Shown here: one piece after another, positions 1-10,718 of the stretch
Position numbering within the stretch: position 1 is the first letter of the stretch
Layout of the letters: each line of letters opens with the position of its first letter
Origin: Squalus acanthias
Taxonomy: Eukaryota
Length of the DNA: 64,000 nucleotides
Direction: 5' to 3'
NCBI GenBank assembly: GCA_030390025.1
Contig: CM059432.1
Coordinates: 14,572,001-14,636,000 of the forward strand
Translations under genes and position numbers: made by a program
Notes under the pieces: generated by a model
The model's database searches: none
Seen by the model: the letters and a program-made list of their open reading frames with translations, nothing else
What the model was told of the DNA's origin: nothing

Positions 1-284
1 GCACCCCCTTTAGGATTGTACCCTTTAGTTTATATTGTTAGCTTAGATTTTTTTTTTGTGCTCAAGTCGATGGAATGGGACTTGAACCCATAACCTTCTA
101 ACTGAGTGTCGAGAGCGCGACCCACTGGCTGACATCTTTTATCAGACCTTTCCCCCCAGTCCCAGACCAACATAAACCCGGGAATAAACAGAGAGCGCGC
201 CCCCACCCCTCCGGAGTACAGCCGGGGCCTGGGGCCTCCTCCCTCGGTCAAGCCGCTCTCCCCCTTGCACAGACACGCACGTAC

Positions 285-561
285 CGACGGTGGATTTGCA
301 GGCCTCGCTGAACGTGTCGTCCGTGAAGCGCTCCATCAGGCTGGTCTTGCCCACGCCGCGGCTGCCGATGATGATGACCTGCAGCTTGTAGTCGGCCGGC
401 CGGGGCGGCGGCCTCCGGCGCCGGGAGTTGGCGGGGCTGCGGCCGGGGCTCGGCGGGGCCCCGCCGGTGGAGAGGCTGTTGGCCGAAACCGACCTGGAGT
501 TGGAGCTCAGGCCGCCACCGCCGCCGGCCCCTCTCCTCTTCGGTACGGCTGTCCGATCCAT
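285..561 (-). CDS. RAB12: RAB12 small GTPase, coding exon 1 (gene continues off the left edge)
   Basis: Translation [17 protein letters not shown]...[47 protein letters not shown] matches the RAB12 N-terminus and P-loop (GSRGVGKT). ATG at 561-559; donor G|GTACGT at 284; 277 nt, phase 1. Confidence 0.95.
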
Positions 562-675
562 CGGCCTCGCTCAATCGCCGCCGTCTCCTTCCTCACACCA
601 ACAACAAGCAGCAGCCTCGGTCAGGCTGAGCCAGCTGACTCCTCCAGTATCCCACATGGCACTGCGAGGGCCGCC

Positions 676-683
676 TGACGTCA
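676..683. promoter_or_regulatory. Full palindromic CRE (TGACGTCA), CREB/ATF site
   Basis: Exact TGACGTCA about 115 bp upstream of the RAB12 ATG, at the edge of the CpG island. Confidence 0.55.
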
Positions 684-726
684 TGGCCAACAACAACAAC
701 AACTTGTATTTATAGAGCGCCTTTAA

Positions 727-1139
727 ATATTTTTATTCAAATACAATAACACCCGTACAACTCATCAATTACATAGTAAATCATTACATTCATCCATCAC
801 AGTAAAAAATAAAGCCTTGAAAAGAGCCTTATAGTTAATATAAATGCAATGATTAATTTTACAAATAATCAATAATGTTTACAGTACAAATACCCTTAAA
901 CAATACCACACAACTTTTTAGATTTAAAATAATAAATCTCAAAGTTAACTCCACAAAAAACAAAAACCATTTCTACACCACAGTGTACAAACACATAGCA
1001 CCATCATAATCCAATTAAATGCGACATAACATTTATTCCAATAAACCAAGAAAAAACCCGTTTTACGCCAGTCCTACTGGCATTGTTCGTTCGATCATTC
1101 GATCATTCATTCAAGCGTTCGTTCGTTCGATCGAGCGTA
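727..1139 (-). mobile_element. Retroposed 3'-end fragment with 16-bp TSD
   Basis: TATAGAGCGCCTTTAA repeated at 711-726 and 1140-1155; the minus strand ends in GAATAAAAATAT; T-rich 3'UTR-like body. Confidence 0.65.
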
Positions 1140-1247
1140 TATAGAGCGCCTTTAACGTAGTAAAACGTCCCAAGGCGCTTCACGGGAGTGTTTTAAGACA
1201 AAAAAATTGACACAGAGCCACATAAGAATAAATTAGGGCAGGTGACA

Positions 1248-1445
1248 GGTAGGTTTCCCTGCCTCTGCACTTGCTTATAAACCTGTTCCATCTCCATTTT
1301 TTCCAGTTCTGACGAAGGGTCATCGACCTGAAACGTTAACTCTGTTTCTCTCTCTCCACTAGATGCTGCCTGACCTGCTGAGTATTTCCAGCATTTTCTG
1401 TTTTTGTTTCGGATTTCCAGCATCCGCAGTATTGTGTTTTTGTAG
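1248..1445 (+). mobile_element. Penelope-like element terminal fragment carrying a hammerhead motif
   Basis: CTGACGAAGGGTCATCGACCTGAAACGTT followed by ...GATGCTGCCTGACCTGCTGAGTATTTCCAGCATTTTCTG; related pieces at ~29505-29590, 31040-31140, 44876-45030 and 51187-51240. Confidence 0.65.
1305..1341 (+). ncRNA. Minimal type-I hammerhead ribozyme motif
   Basis: Stem I AGTT/AACT; core CTGACGA; stem II GGGTC-ATC-GACCT; GAAA; palindromic ACGT in place of helix III; cleavage triplet GUU. Confidence 0.55.
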
Positions 1446-1881
1446 TAGGTTTTAAGGAGCGTCTTAAAGGAGGAAAGCGAGGCGGAGAGGTTTAGGCTGG
1501 GAATTCCAGAGCTTAGGGCCTCGGCAACAAAAGGCACGGCCACCAAAGATTGAGCGATTATAATCAAGGATGCTCAAGAGGGCAGAATTAGAGGAGCGCA
1601 GATATCTCGGGAGGTTGTGGGGCTGAAGGAGATCACAGAGATAGGGAGGGGCGAGGCCATGGAGGGATTTGAAAACAAGGATGAGAATTTTGAAAACGAG
1701 GCGCTGCTTAACCGGGAGCCAATGTAGGTCAGCGAGCTCAGGGGCGATGGGCGAACGGGACTTGGTGCGGGTTAGGACACGGGCAGCCGAGTTTTGGATG
1801 ACCTCAAGTTTACATGAATATGAATATTAAATAGCACCCCCCACCTCCCCACCTTTCAACCAAAGTTGTCCAAACTTGGGT

Positions 1882-2170
1882 GGAGAACCAGATGACACAG
1901 ATTTAAGGTGATCGGCAGAAGGACCAAAGGCGACGTGAGGAAAAACCTTTTTACGCAGCGAGTGGTTATGATCTGGAATGCACCGCCTGAGAGGGTGGTG
2001 GAGGCAGATTCAATCGTGGCTTTCAAAAGGGAATTGGAAAAGTACCTGAAGGAAAAAAAAATTGCAGGGCTATGGGGAGAGGGACTAGCTGAAGTGCTCT
2101 TGCAGAGAGCCGGCATGGGCTCGAGGGGGCGAATGGCCCCTTTCTATGCTGTAACCATTCTATGATTCTA
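1882..2170 (+). mobile_element. CR1 LINE 3' end
   Basis: Encodes ...VRKNLFTQRVVMIWNAPPERVVEADSIVAFKRELEKYL, the CR1 ORF2 C-terminus; CATTCTATGATTCTA tail. Confidence 0.85.
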
Positions 2171-2171
2171 C

Positions 2172-3760
2172 GAAAGACTTCCATTTGTATAGCGCCTTTC
2201 ACGACCACCGGACATCCCAAAGCGCTTTACAGCCAATTAAGTACTTTTTTTGAAAGTGTAGTCACTGATGTAATGTAGGAAACGCAGCATCCAATTTGCA
2301 CACAGCATGCTCCCACAAACAGCAATGACCAGACAATTGTTTTAGTTGATGTTGATTGAGGGATAAATATTGGCCAGGGTACCGGGGATAACACCCCTGC
2401 TCTTCTTTGAAACAGTGCCATGGGATCTTTCACGTGAGCAGATGGGGCATCGGTTTAACATCTCATCCGAAAGAAGGCACTGAAGGGATAATTACTAGTC
2501 CTAGCCCCTTTAGGGCTACTCCGGATCAGGCGTATTTCTCAGATGTTCACTTTCAATTAAAGTTTGAGGTAGCCGAATCCTAAAGACGCTTAATTGGGTC
2601 TAAAGGTCCGGACTATCTCTCCCTAAAGGAAAGGAACAACCTGAAAATGTTACCGTCCTCCAGATAGCACTTTTAATAAGTTTAGCTAGACTGTAACGTT
2701 ACGGATATTATGAGGGTCCAGGAAAACTCCCCCAGAATTCTGCAACTCCTCACCAAAGAGCGTACAGAGATTGAGTTCACGAGTTTGACACAGAAGTATT
2801 ATGTGAGACAATTCTAAAAATATATAGATTTATTAAAGAACCGACATGTATTTTACAGTTGGTGAGTCAATCACAACATTAACAGTTCCAAAAAGAGAAA
2901 GCTTTACAATCTTATTATCAGAGATCCTTACTCTCAAATCTTAACTTCGCTACAGTTTTACAGTTCTTAGTCTTATTCAGGATATCCACCAAAATCAAAT
3001 ACCGTACCTTTGATCCCCGAGATACAAAGAGTTGTAGACTTACAGAGCTGTCTCTGAAGCCGAGAATCGCTTTGCCCCTTTACAGCGAGTCTATTATCCT
3101 ATTTGAGAGTTCAATATTTATACCCTTTTCCAGTGGTATTCCCTTTAAGGTTTTCTGCTGATGTAAGCTAATTATCTCTAGTCATTTTTCTGCTGACTTC
3201 TGAAATTCTTACAGTCACCTCAGCTGGTAGCAATACAGAATCGTGTCTCTCCTCTAGGTATTCTAAGCTTACCATAAAAATCGGTGTAACAGCAGGTGCA
3301 TTTTATTTGATGTCATTTTTACTAAGGCCTTCTGTTTGTGCCTCTTTACGAAGTGTAAATTAGAACACCTTATACAGGGTGAACTATTGTCTGTTCCCAA
3401 AGATTCAGACTGTCGGGAGCCTTTAACCTTCTGTTTCAATAAGGTTATTGATTCAGTGTCAACAACTATCTTATCTCTATAGCCAGAAAGCTATCACAGC
3501 TTTAGATTGTTGAGGCTTCCAGATTTCCAAACCCAGTTTGTCATGTTTTAATAAGGCCAGAATTCTTTCATAGAATGGTGTATTTTTCTGAATAGGTTAT
3601 ATGGCTTATTCCTTCACAGCACCTCCGACAGTACAACACTCCCTCAGCACCGCACTGGCGTGTCAGCCTAGATTTTTGTGCTCAAGTCCCTGGATTGGAA
3701 CTTGAACCCACAATCTTCTGACTCAGAGGTGAGAGTGCTGCCCACTGAGCCACATCTGAC
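2172..3760 (-). mobile_element. tRNA-headed Deu-domain SINE (SacSINE1-like) split by a solo LTR
   Basis: Segments 2172-2480 and 3617-3760 join to reproduce the SINE seen intact at 22727-23170 and 33395-33860. Confidence 0.75.
2481..3616 (-). mobile_element. Solo LTR (ERV/LTR-retrotransposon), 1136 bp
   Basis: TG...CA termini with imperfect inverted repeats (TGAAGGGATAA / TTATTCCTTCA); flanks AGGCAC / CAGCAC duplicate the SINE target; on the minus strand TATAAATA (~3115-3122) precedes AATAAA (~2829-2834); no ORF. Confidence 0.7.
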
Positions 3761-4374
3761 ACTTTTTAGGATTGCCAACTCTTCAGGATTGTTCTGGAGT
3801 CTCCAAGAATTAACAGTTAATCTCCTGGATACTGCTCAAAGCAACCCAATAGAAAAAAAATCCTAGGGGGATTAAAAATATTGTGTTTCCTTCTCATTTT
3901 TTAACATCTTTAGTAGATTAGATATAAAAATTTGGGAGATGGGGCGATAAAGCAGACTGAGTGAGCAGGGCAGTTGAAGACGGGAGGTCATGTCACTAAA
4001 CCTCCAGGAATATGTCTGACCAAGGTTGGCACTCCTACCTCCACACTCCATTAAAGTTTGGCACCTTGGACACCCTGTCCTACACATGAATGAAAAGAAA
4101 GGTGTGAAAAGACCTACCAAGGTAATGAATGTTCACCCTATTGGTTAGATGGTGCTACCTCGTGCACCACTTTCCCCCCCCTCATTGCATCTTTGGAGCT
4201 TGTTCCTGAACGGCCTGGTGTTGCTTCCTATGTTCTACTGGTGTGGTGCTCCGAGAGGGAAGGCTGGAGGCCAGGTATATGATGCTGTCCTGAGAGACTG
4301 CAGTAGCAGGCGGCTCAACTGTAGACTTGTCATTCCACTTCCATCCTCAATGATCAGCAGGGTGGCTGATTTAA

Positions 4375-4955
4375 TTGTCTTTGTTACCTCTAGACTTGAC
4401 TATTCCAACGCACTCCTGGCTGGCCTCCTACGCTCTACCCTTTATAAACTTGAGGTTGTCTAAATCTCTGTTGCCCATGTCCTAACTCGCACCAAGTCCC
4501 GTTCAACCATCACCCCTGTGCTCGGTCACCGATATTGGCGTCCGGTTAAGCAACGCCTCAATTTTAAAATTCTCATCCTTGTTTTCAAATCCCTCCATGG
4601 CCTCACCCCTCCCTATCTCTAACCTCCTCCAGCCCCACAACCCTCCGAGATATCTGTGCGTCTCTAATTCCAGCCTCTTGAGCATCACTGATTATGATCG
4701 CTCAAAAATTGGTGGCCGTGCCTTCAGCTGCCAAGGCCCTATGCTCTGGAATTCCCTTCCTAAACCTCTCTGCCTCGCTACCTCTCTTTCCTCCTTTAAG
4801 ACGCTCCCTAAAACCTACCTCTTTGACCACATCTGTCCTAATATCTCCTTATGTGGCTCGGTGTCAAATTTTGTTTGATAACACTCCTGTGAAGTGCCTT
4901 GGGACGTTTCGCTTCGCAAATCGCTCTATATAAATAAAACTTGTTGTTGTTGTTG
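4375..4955 (+). mobile_element. L2-type LINE 3' fragment
   Basis: FVTSRLDYSNALLAGL...GGRAFSCQGPMLWNSLP; (TTG)n tail. Confidence 0.85.
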
Positions 4956-5090
4956 TAATAATCTGATCTGGAGAAACAGCCGCATGTAGTGTGGCTGTCA
5001 TAATCTAGAATCCAGTATTTTAGGCCCTATCAATTCTCTCCCCTTAATGCCACCAGAGCTGCAGTTTTTGCTTCCATTGGGGTAGAGGCA

Positions 5091-5890
5091 TCAACATTCA
5101 GGCTTGGGCTGATAAGTGGCAAGTAATATTCACGCCACACAAGTGCCAGGCAATGACTATCTCCAACAAGTGAGAGTCTAACCACCGCCCCTTGACATTC
5201 AACGGCATTACCATTGTCGAATCCCCTACCATCAACATCCTGGGGGTCACCATTGACCAGGAACTTAACTGGACCAGCCACATAAATACTGTGGCAACGA
5301 GAGCGGGTCAGAAGCTGGGTATTTTGCGATGAGAGTCTCACCTCCTGACTCCCCAAAGCCTTTCCACCATCTACAAGGCACAAGTCAGGAGTGTGAGGGA
5401 ATATTCTCCACTTTCCTGGATGAGTGCAGCTCCAAAAACACTCAAGAAGCTCGACACTATCCAGGACAAAGCAGCCCATCCACCTCCTTCAACATTCACT
5501 CACTCCACCACCGGCGTACTGTGGCTGCAGTGTGTACCATCTACAAGATGCACTGCAGCAACTCGCCACGGCTTCTTTGGCAGCACCTCCCAAACCCGCG
5601 ACCTCTACCACCTAGAAGGACAAGGGCAGCAGGCGCATGGGAACACCATCACCTGCAAGTTCCCCTCCAAGTTACATACCATCCTGACTTGGAAATATAT
5701 CACCGATCCTTCATCGTCACTGGGTCAAAATCCTGGAACTCCCTAACAGCACTGTGGGAGTATCTTCACCACAAGGACTGCAACAGTTGAAGGTAGCGGC
5801 TCACCACCACCATCTCAAGGGCAATTAGGGATGGGCAATAAATGCTGGCCTTGCCAGCGATGCGCAGATTCCGGAACGAATAAAAAAAAA
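5091..5890 (+). mobile_element. Non-LTR retrotransposon 3' fragment (CR1/L2-group, called 'family B' here)
   Basis: EYSPLSWMSAAPKTLKKLDTIQDKAA...RRTVAAVCTIYKMHCSNSPRLL; recurs at 11925-12200, 24315-24850, 35310-35588/38909-39560 and 51490-52020. Confidence 0.8.
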
Positions 5891-6484
5891 CTGGTCCCTG
5901 GCCGCTTCTTAGGTGGTGTAAGCTGCCAATTCCAATGAAGCTGCCACACATCCCAGCGATGTCCACAATGAACTAAAAGTTTTCCTGATGTTGTCATTGG
6001 ATTTGAATCTCGCTGGAAGGTAGTTAAGAGTCAACCACATTGATGCGGGATTGGAGTCACATATAGACCAGACTGGGTAAGGACGGTAGGTTTCCTTCCC
6101 TAAAAGACATTAATGAACCAGTTGGGTCTTTACGACAATCCGACAGCTTCATGGCCCCTTTTACTGGTTATTTCCAGACTTTTGTTTTCCCAAACAGAAT
6201 TCATATTCTCAAGCTGCCATTGTGGGTATTGAACTCCACGACCCCTATAGTTTCACAACGGCCAGACTAGTAAATTCCGCATTTGAAGGGTGAAATACTG
6301 CACTCTGCACCTAGTTCTTTGTTGGTGATTCTGAATGAAAATCCCAGTATAAGAATTGATGGGGTAAATTTTCATTGTTACCACCCGGGCAGTAACCCGA
6401 TTTTAATTCCATAACAGGCAGGCTCCTCCAGGTTACAGCACAGATGGTGAAGATGAAAATTAATTTATTATTAGATTAATTAAT

Positions 6485-6896
6485 AAAGACTTGCATTTAT
6501 ATAGCACCTTTCACAACCACCAGACGTCTCAAAGCACTTTACAGCCAATGAAGTACAGTCACTGTTGTAATGTGGGAAACGCGGCAGCCAATTTGCACAC
6601 AGCAAGCTCTCACAAACAGCAATGTGATGACCAGATAATCTGTTTTTGTTATGTTGGTTGAGGGATAAGTATTGGCTGGGACACTGGGGATAACTCCCCT
6701 GCTCTTCTTTGAAATAGTGGCATGGGATCTTTTACATCCACCTGAGAGAGCAGACGGGGCCTCGGTTTAACGTATCAGCACTATACTTAAATGGACTGTC
6801 AGCCTAGCTTTATGTGGTCAAGTCCCTGGAGTGGGACTTGAACCCACAACCTTCTGACTCAGAGGCGAGTGTGCTACACACTGAGCCACAGCTGAA
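6485..6896 (-). mobile_element. Deu-domain SINE copy
   Basis: Reverse complement of 22727-23170, including the tRNA-like head with A/B-box-like motifs. Confidence 0.8.
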
Positions 6897-7102
6897 TATG
6901 GCATTCACATGGGTGCTATGTCATGTGACACTGCAGTCACCCCAAACAACCATACTAAAATAGAATATGGTTTCTGAAGCATCAACATTTTAATTCTACA
7001 TTGAAAACCCAGAAATATACAAAGTGAAACAAAATTCAAAACTAATCACAGAGAACATTTAAATGCTGTCAAATTACAGTGTGAATTGTGCATTAAAGAA
7101 AT

Positions 7103-7848
7103 TCACTGTCTTAGGCTGAACCAGATCGTTCACAACCTTGGTGTCGTATTTGAAACCGAGATGAGCTTCCAACCACATAGCCACTCCATCACCAAGACCG
7201 CCTACTTCTACCTGAGTAACATTGCCCAACTCCGCCCCTGCCTCAGCTCATCTGCTGCTGAAACCTTCATCTATGCCTTTTTTTAACCTCTAGACTTGAC
7301 TATTTCCAATGTTCTCCTGGCCGGTCTCCCATCTTACACTCTACAGAAACTTGAGCTCACCCAAAACTCGGCTGCCCGTGTCCTAACTCGCACCAAGTCC
7401 CGTTCAACCATCACCCCTGTGCTCACTGACCTACATTGGCTCCCGAACCAGCAAAGCCTCAATTTTAAAATTCTCATCCTTGTTTTCAAATCCCTCCATG
7501 GCCTCGCCCCTCTCTATCTCTGTAGCCTTCGAGATCTCTGCGCTCCTCCAATTCTGGCCTCTTGTGCAACCCCGATTTTAATCGCTCTACAATTGGTGGC
7601 TGTGCCTTCAGCTGCCTAGGCCTTAAGCTTTTAAATTCCCTCCCTAAACCTCTCCGCCTCTCTACGTCTCTCTCCTCCTTTAAGATGCTCCTTAAAACTT
7701 ATCTCTTTGTCCAAGATTTTGGTCACTTGTCCTAATATCTCCTTATGTATCTCAATATCAAATTTTGTATGATAGCACTCCTGCGAAGCATCTTGGGACA
7801 TTTGACTACGCTACATTAAAGGAGCTATATAAACGCAAGTTGTTGTTA
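7103..7848 (+). mobile_element. L2-type LINE 3' fragment
   Basis: TKTAYFYLSNIAQLRPCLSSSAAET...QNSAARVLTRTKSRSTITPVLTDLHWLP...FKILILVFKSLHGLAP. Confidence 0.85.
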
Positions 7849-7903
7849 TGCTATCTATATTATTTTACCACAGTTCATACTTGTCCAAGTGCTTGGTTAC
7901 TTT

Positions 7904-8295
7904 GGCCGCGATTTTTCCCATCGATGCGGCTTGGGGGCGGGACAGCTGCCTTCCGGGTTCCAGTCCCGCCCCCAACGACATCAGATGCACAGACGCGATT
8001 TTGCATCAGTAGGCATTGTTAAGCCCACCCTGCGGGCTTGCCGGCCAATTAAGAGGAAGCTGGTGTCAGATGACGTCAGTTGATGACGCGTCATCTGCCG
8101 GTTTTCTTAAAGGGGCCACGCACAATTTTTTTTGACAGCTGATTTTTCAGTTTTTGACAGCATTGAGGTGCTGCAAACACTGACAATCACTGTACAAAGG
8201 TGAGCCTTTGCACCCAGGCTCTCCAGTGACTCCCTCCTTAGGCTAGAACAGATGGCAGCTGCAGGTGAGGTTACAGAAGCGATCTGTCACTGATG
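7904..8295 (+). mobile_element. Harbinger-type terminal fragment
   Basis: GGCCGCGATTTTTCC start resembles the other GGG/GGC..ATTT termini in the window; contains the CTTAAAGGGG motif shared with the MITEs; cut by a CR1. Confidence 0.4.
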
Positions 8296-8297
8296 AG

Positions 8298-9680
8298 AGA
8301 GGAGGGAGACAGAAAGCAGGCAACTATCAACCAGTTAGCCTAACATCTGTCATTGGGAAAATGCTGGAGTCCATCATTAAGGATGTGATAGCAGGACATT
8401 TAGAAAATCATAATATAGTCAAGCATGGTTTTATGAAAGGGAAATCATGTTTGACAAATTTGTTGGAGTTCTTTGAGGATGTAACGAGCAGGGTGGATAA
8501 AGGGGAACCAGTAGATGTCGTGTATTTGGATTTCCAGAAGGCATTTGATAAGGTGCCACATAAAAGGTTACTACACAAGATAAGAGCTCACTGAGTTGGG
8601 GGTAATATATTAGCATGGATAGAGGATTGGCTAACTAACAGAAAACAGAGAGTCGGGATAAATGGGTCATTTTCAGGTTGGCAAACTGTAACTAGTGGGG
8701 TGCCGCAGGGATCAGTGCTGGGGCCTCAACTACTTACAATCTATATTAATGACTTGGATGAAGGGACCGAATGTAATGTAGCCAAATTTGCTGATGATAC
8801 AAAGATAGGTGGGAAAGCAAATTGTGTGGAGGACGCAAAGAATCTCCAAAGGGATATAGATAGGCTAAGTGAGCGGGCAAACATCTGGCAGATGGAGTTT
8901 AATGTGGGAAAATGCGAGGTTATCCACTTTGGTAGGAAAAATAAAAAAGCAAATTATTATTTAAATGGGGAGAGATTACAAAATGCTGAGGTACAGAGGG
9001 ATCTGGGGGTCCTTGTACATGAATCACAAAAAGTTAGCATGCAGGTACAGCAAGTAATTAGGAAGGCAAATGGAGTGTTGGCCTTTATTGCAAAGGGAAT
9101 GGAGTATAAAAGTAGGGAAGTCCTGTTACAACTCTACAGGGCGTTGGTGAGACCACACCTGGAGTACTGCATACAGTTTTGGTCTCCTTATTTAAGGAAG
9201 GATATACTTGCATTGGAGGCAGTTCAGAGAAGGTTCACAAGGTTGATTCCGGAGATGAAGGGGTTATCTTATGAAGAAAGGTTCAGCAGGTTGGGCCTAT
9301 ACTTATTGGAGTTTAGAAGAATGAGAGGGGATCTTATTGAAACATATAAGATTCTGAAGGGGCTTGACATGGTAGATGCAGAGAGGATGTTTCTCCTCGT
9401 GGGAGAATCTAGAACTAAGGGGCATAATTTTGGAATAAATCAGAAATGAGGAGGAATTTCTTCTCTCAGAGGGTCGTGAATCTTTGGAATTCTCTTCCCC
9501 AGAGAGCTGTGGAGGCTGGGTCATTGAATATATTTAAGGTGGAGATAGACAGAATTTTGAACGATAAGGGAGTCAAGGGTTATGGGGAGCGGGCAGGGAA
9601 GTGGAGTTGAGGCCATGATCTTATTGAATGACGGAGCAGGCTCGAGGGGCCAAATGACCTACTCCTGCTCCAACGTCTTA
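8298..9680 (+). mobile_element. CR1 LINE, 5'-truncated, RT domain to 3' tail (disrupted)
   Basis: NYQPVSLTSVIGKMLE...[12 protein letters not shown]...[13 protein letters not shown]...PQGSVLGP...KFADDTK...RPHLEYCIQFWSP; in-frame stop near 8594. Confidence 0.95.
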
Positions 9681-10606
9681 TGTTCTCCCAATGAGGTGGG
9701 ACTACACACACAATCCAAAACTTTTCACCTACAGAAAAGTGTAAATGCATTAAAAATGATTCCCCCAACATTGTCTTACCTCTGAAACTCACCAGTGTAC
9801 CATTGTCTCCTTCACACCACTTCTGCAGCTGTCATCAATGCAGAAACATTACAGTAGACCCACGGCACGCCATACGTACCTGGCGTGGTGTCCGGATGTC
9901 AGGAAGCCCGCAGTAGACCTCTCAAAATTGCAAAAAGCCTCTTAACTGCCTGTTAACAACCTGTTAACAATCAGTTAAGTGCCTATAATCCTCTTCCCGC
10001 CGCTAGGTGTCGGGTCCCTGCGCAAATCTAAGACCCGACACCTGGGAAGATTGTTTGGAGGCGGCTTGACAGCGGGTTTCTGACCCGCTGTCAATCTTTG
10101 TGATTTTGCCGGATGTCCCGCCTCTAATCCCGCCCCCTGAGCGCTGGCAAAATTGTCTCTGATGATAGATTCCAGTAATTTCTACACAACTGATGCTAAA
10201 TTGATAGGTTTCTTCCTCCCTTCCTTAAATAATGGAGTGACATTTGCAATTTTCCAATCAAAGAGCACAATTCCTGAATCTGAAGGTTTGTAAAATTATA
10301 ACTAATCCATCTGTAATTTCCTCACCTAATTTTTTTAATATCCTGCTGTGAAAACTATCAGGTCTAGGAGATTTGTCTATCTTAAGTCCTATTATTTTCT
10401 CCCTTACCATTTAAAAAAAACTTATATTGAATCCACTAAGTTCCTCCCCATGATTTATTTTTAGGTTCCCTTGAGCATTGGCATTTTGTCCTCTTCCACC
10501 ACTGTGAAAATGGATACAATGTTCTCATTGCCTTTCATTTCCTTAGTTATTATTATCTCACCTTAATCCGTCTTTAATGGGCCCATATTCTCCTTTACCA
10601 CTCTCT

Positions 10607-10718
10607 GGGGTAGATTTTGACTTTGAAGTCAATGGAAATAAAATTCAAGAGAGATATAAAACAGGCTGCCGATTCACTGTCACCCATTTTACACTATCGC
10701 ACAATAAAAATCTACCCT
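10607..10718. mobile_element. Short MITE (Harbinger-like)
   Basis: Terminal inverted repeats GGGGTAGATTTT / AAAATCTACCCT; TCT on both flanks. Confidence 0.55.

Larger units (their letters stand above)
190..690. promoter_or_regulatory. CpG-island-like promoter/first-exon region of RAB12
   Basis: Very GC- and CpG-rich against AT-rich, CpG-poor flanks; overlaps the first coding exon. Confidence 0.8.
690..1812 (-). mobile_element. L2-type LINE 3' fragment, interrupted by two younger insertions
   Basis: Reverse complement of the L2 ORF2 C-terminus and tail also seen at 4375-4955 and 7103-7848; (TTG)n tail at 690-702. Confidence 0.75.

Noticed and set aside
142..284. C-terminal part of ORF 142-561 (TCVSVQGG...)
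   Set aside because: Read-through into intron 1 past the GT donor at 284.
248..715. Overlapping ORFs 248-574, 265-678 and 428-715
   Set aside because: Alternative-frame or antisense shadows of the GC-rich RAB12 exon; no independent homology.
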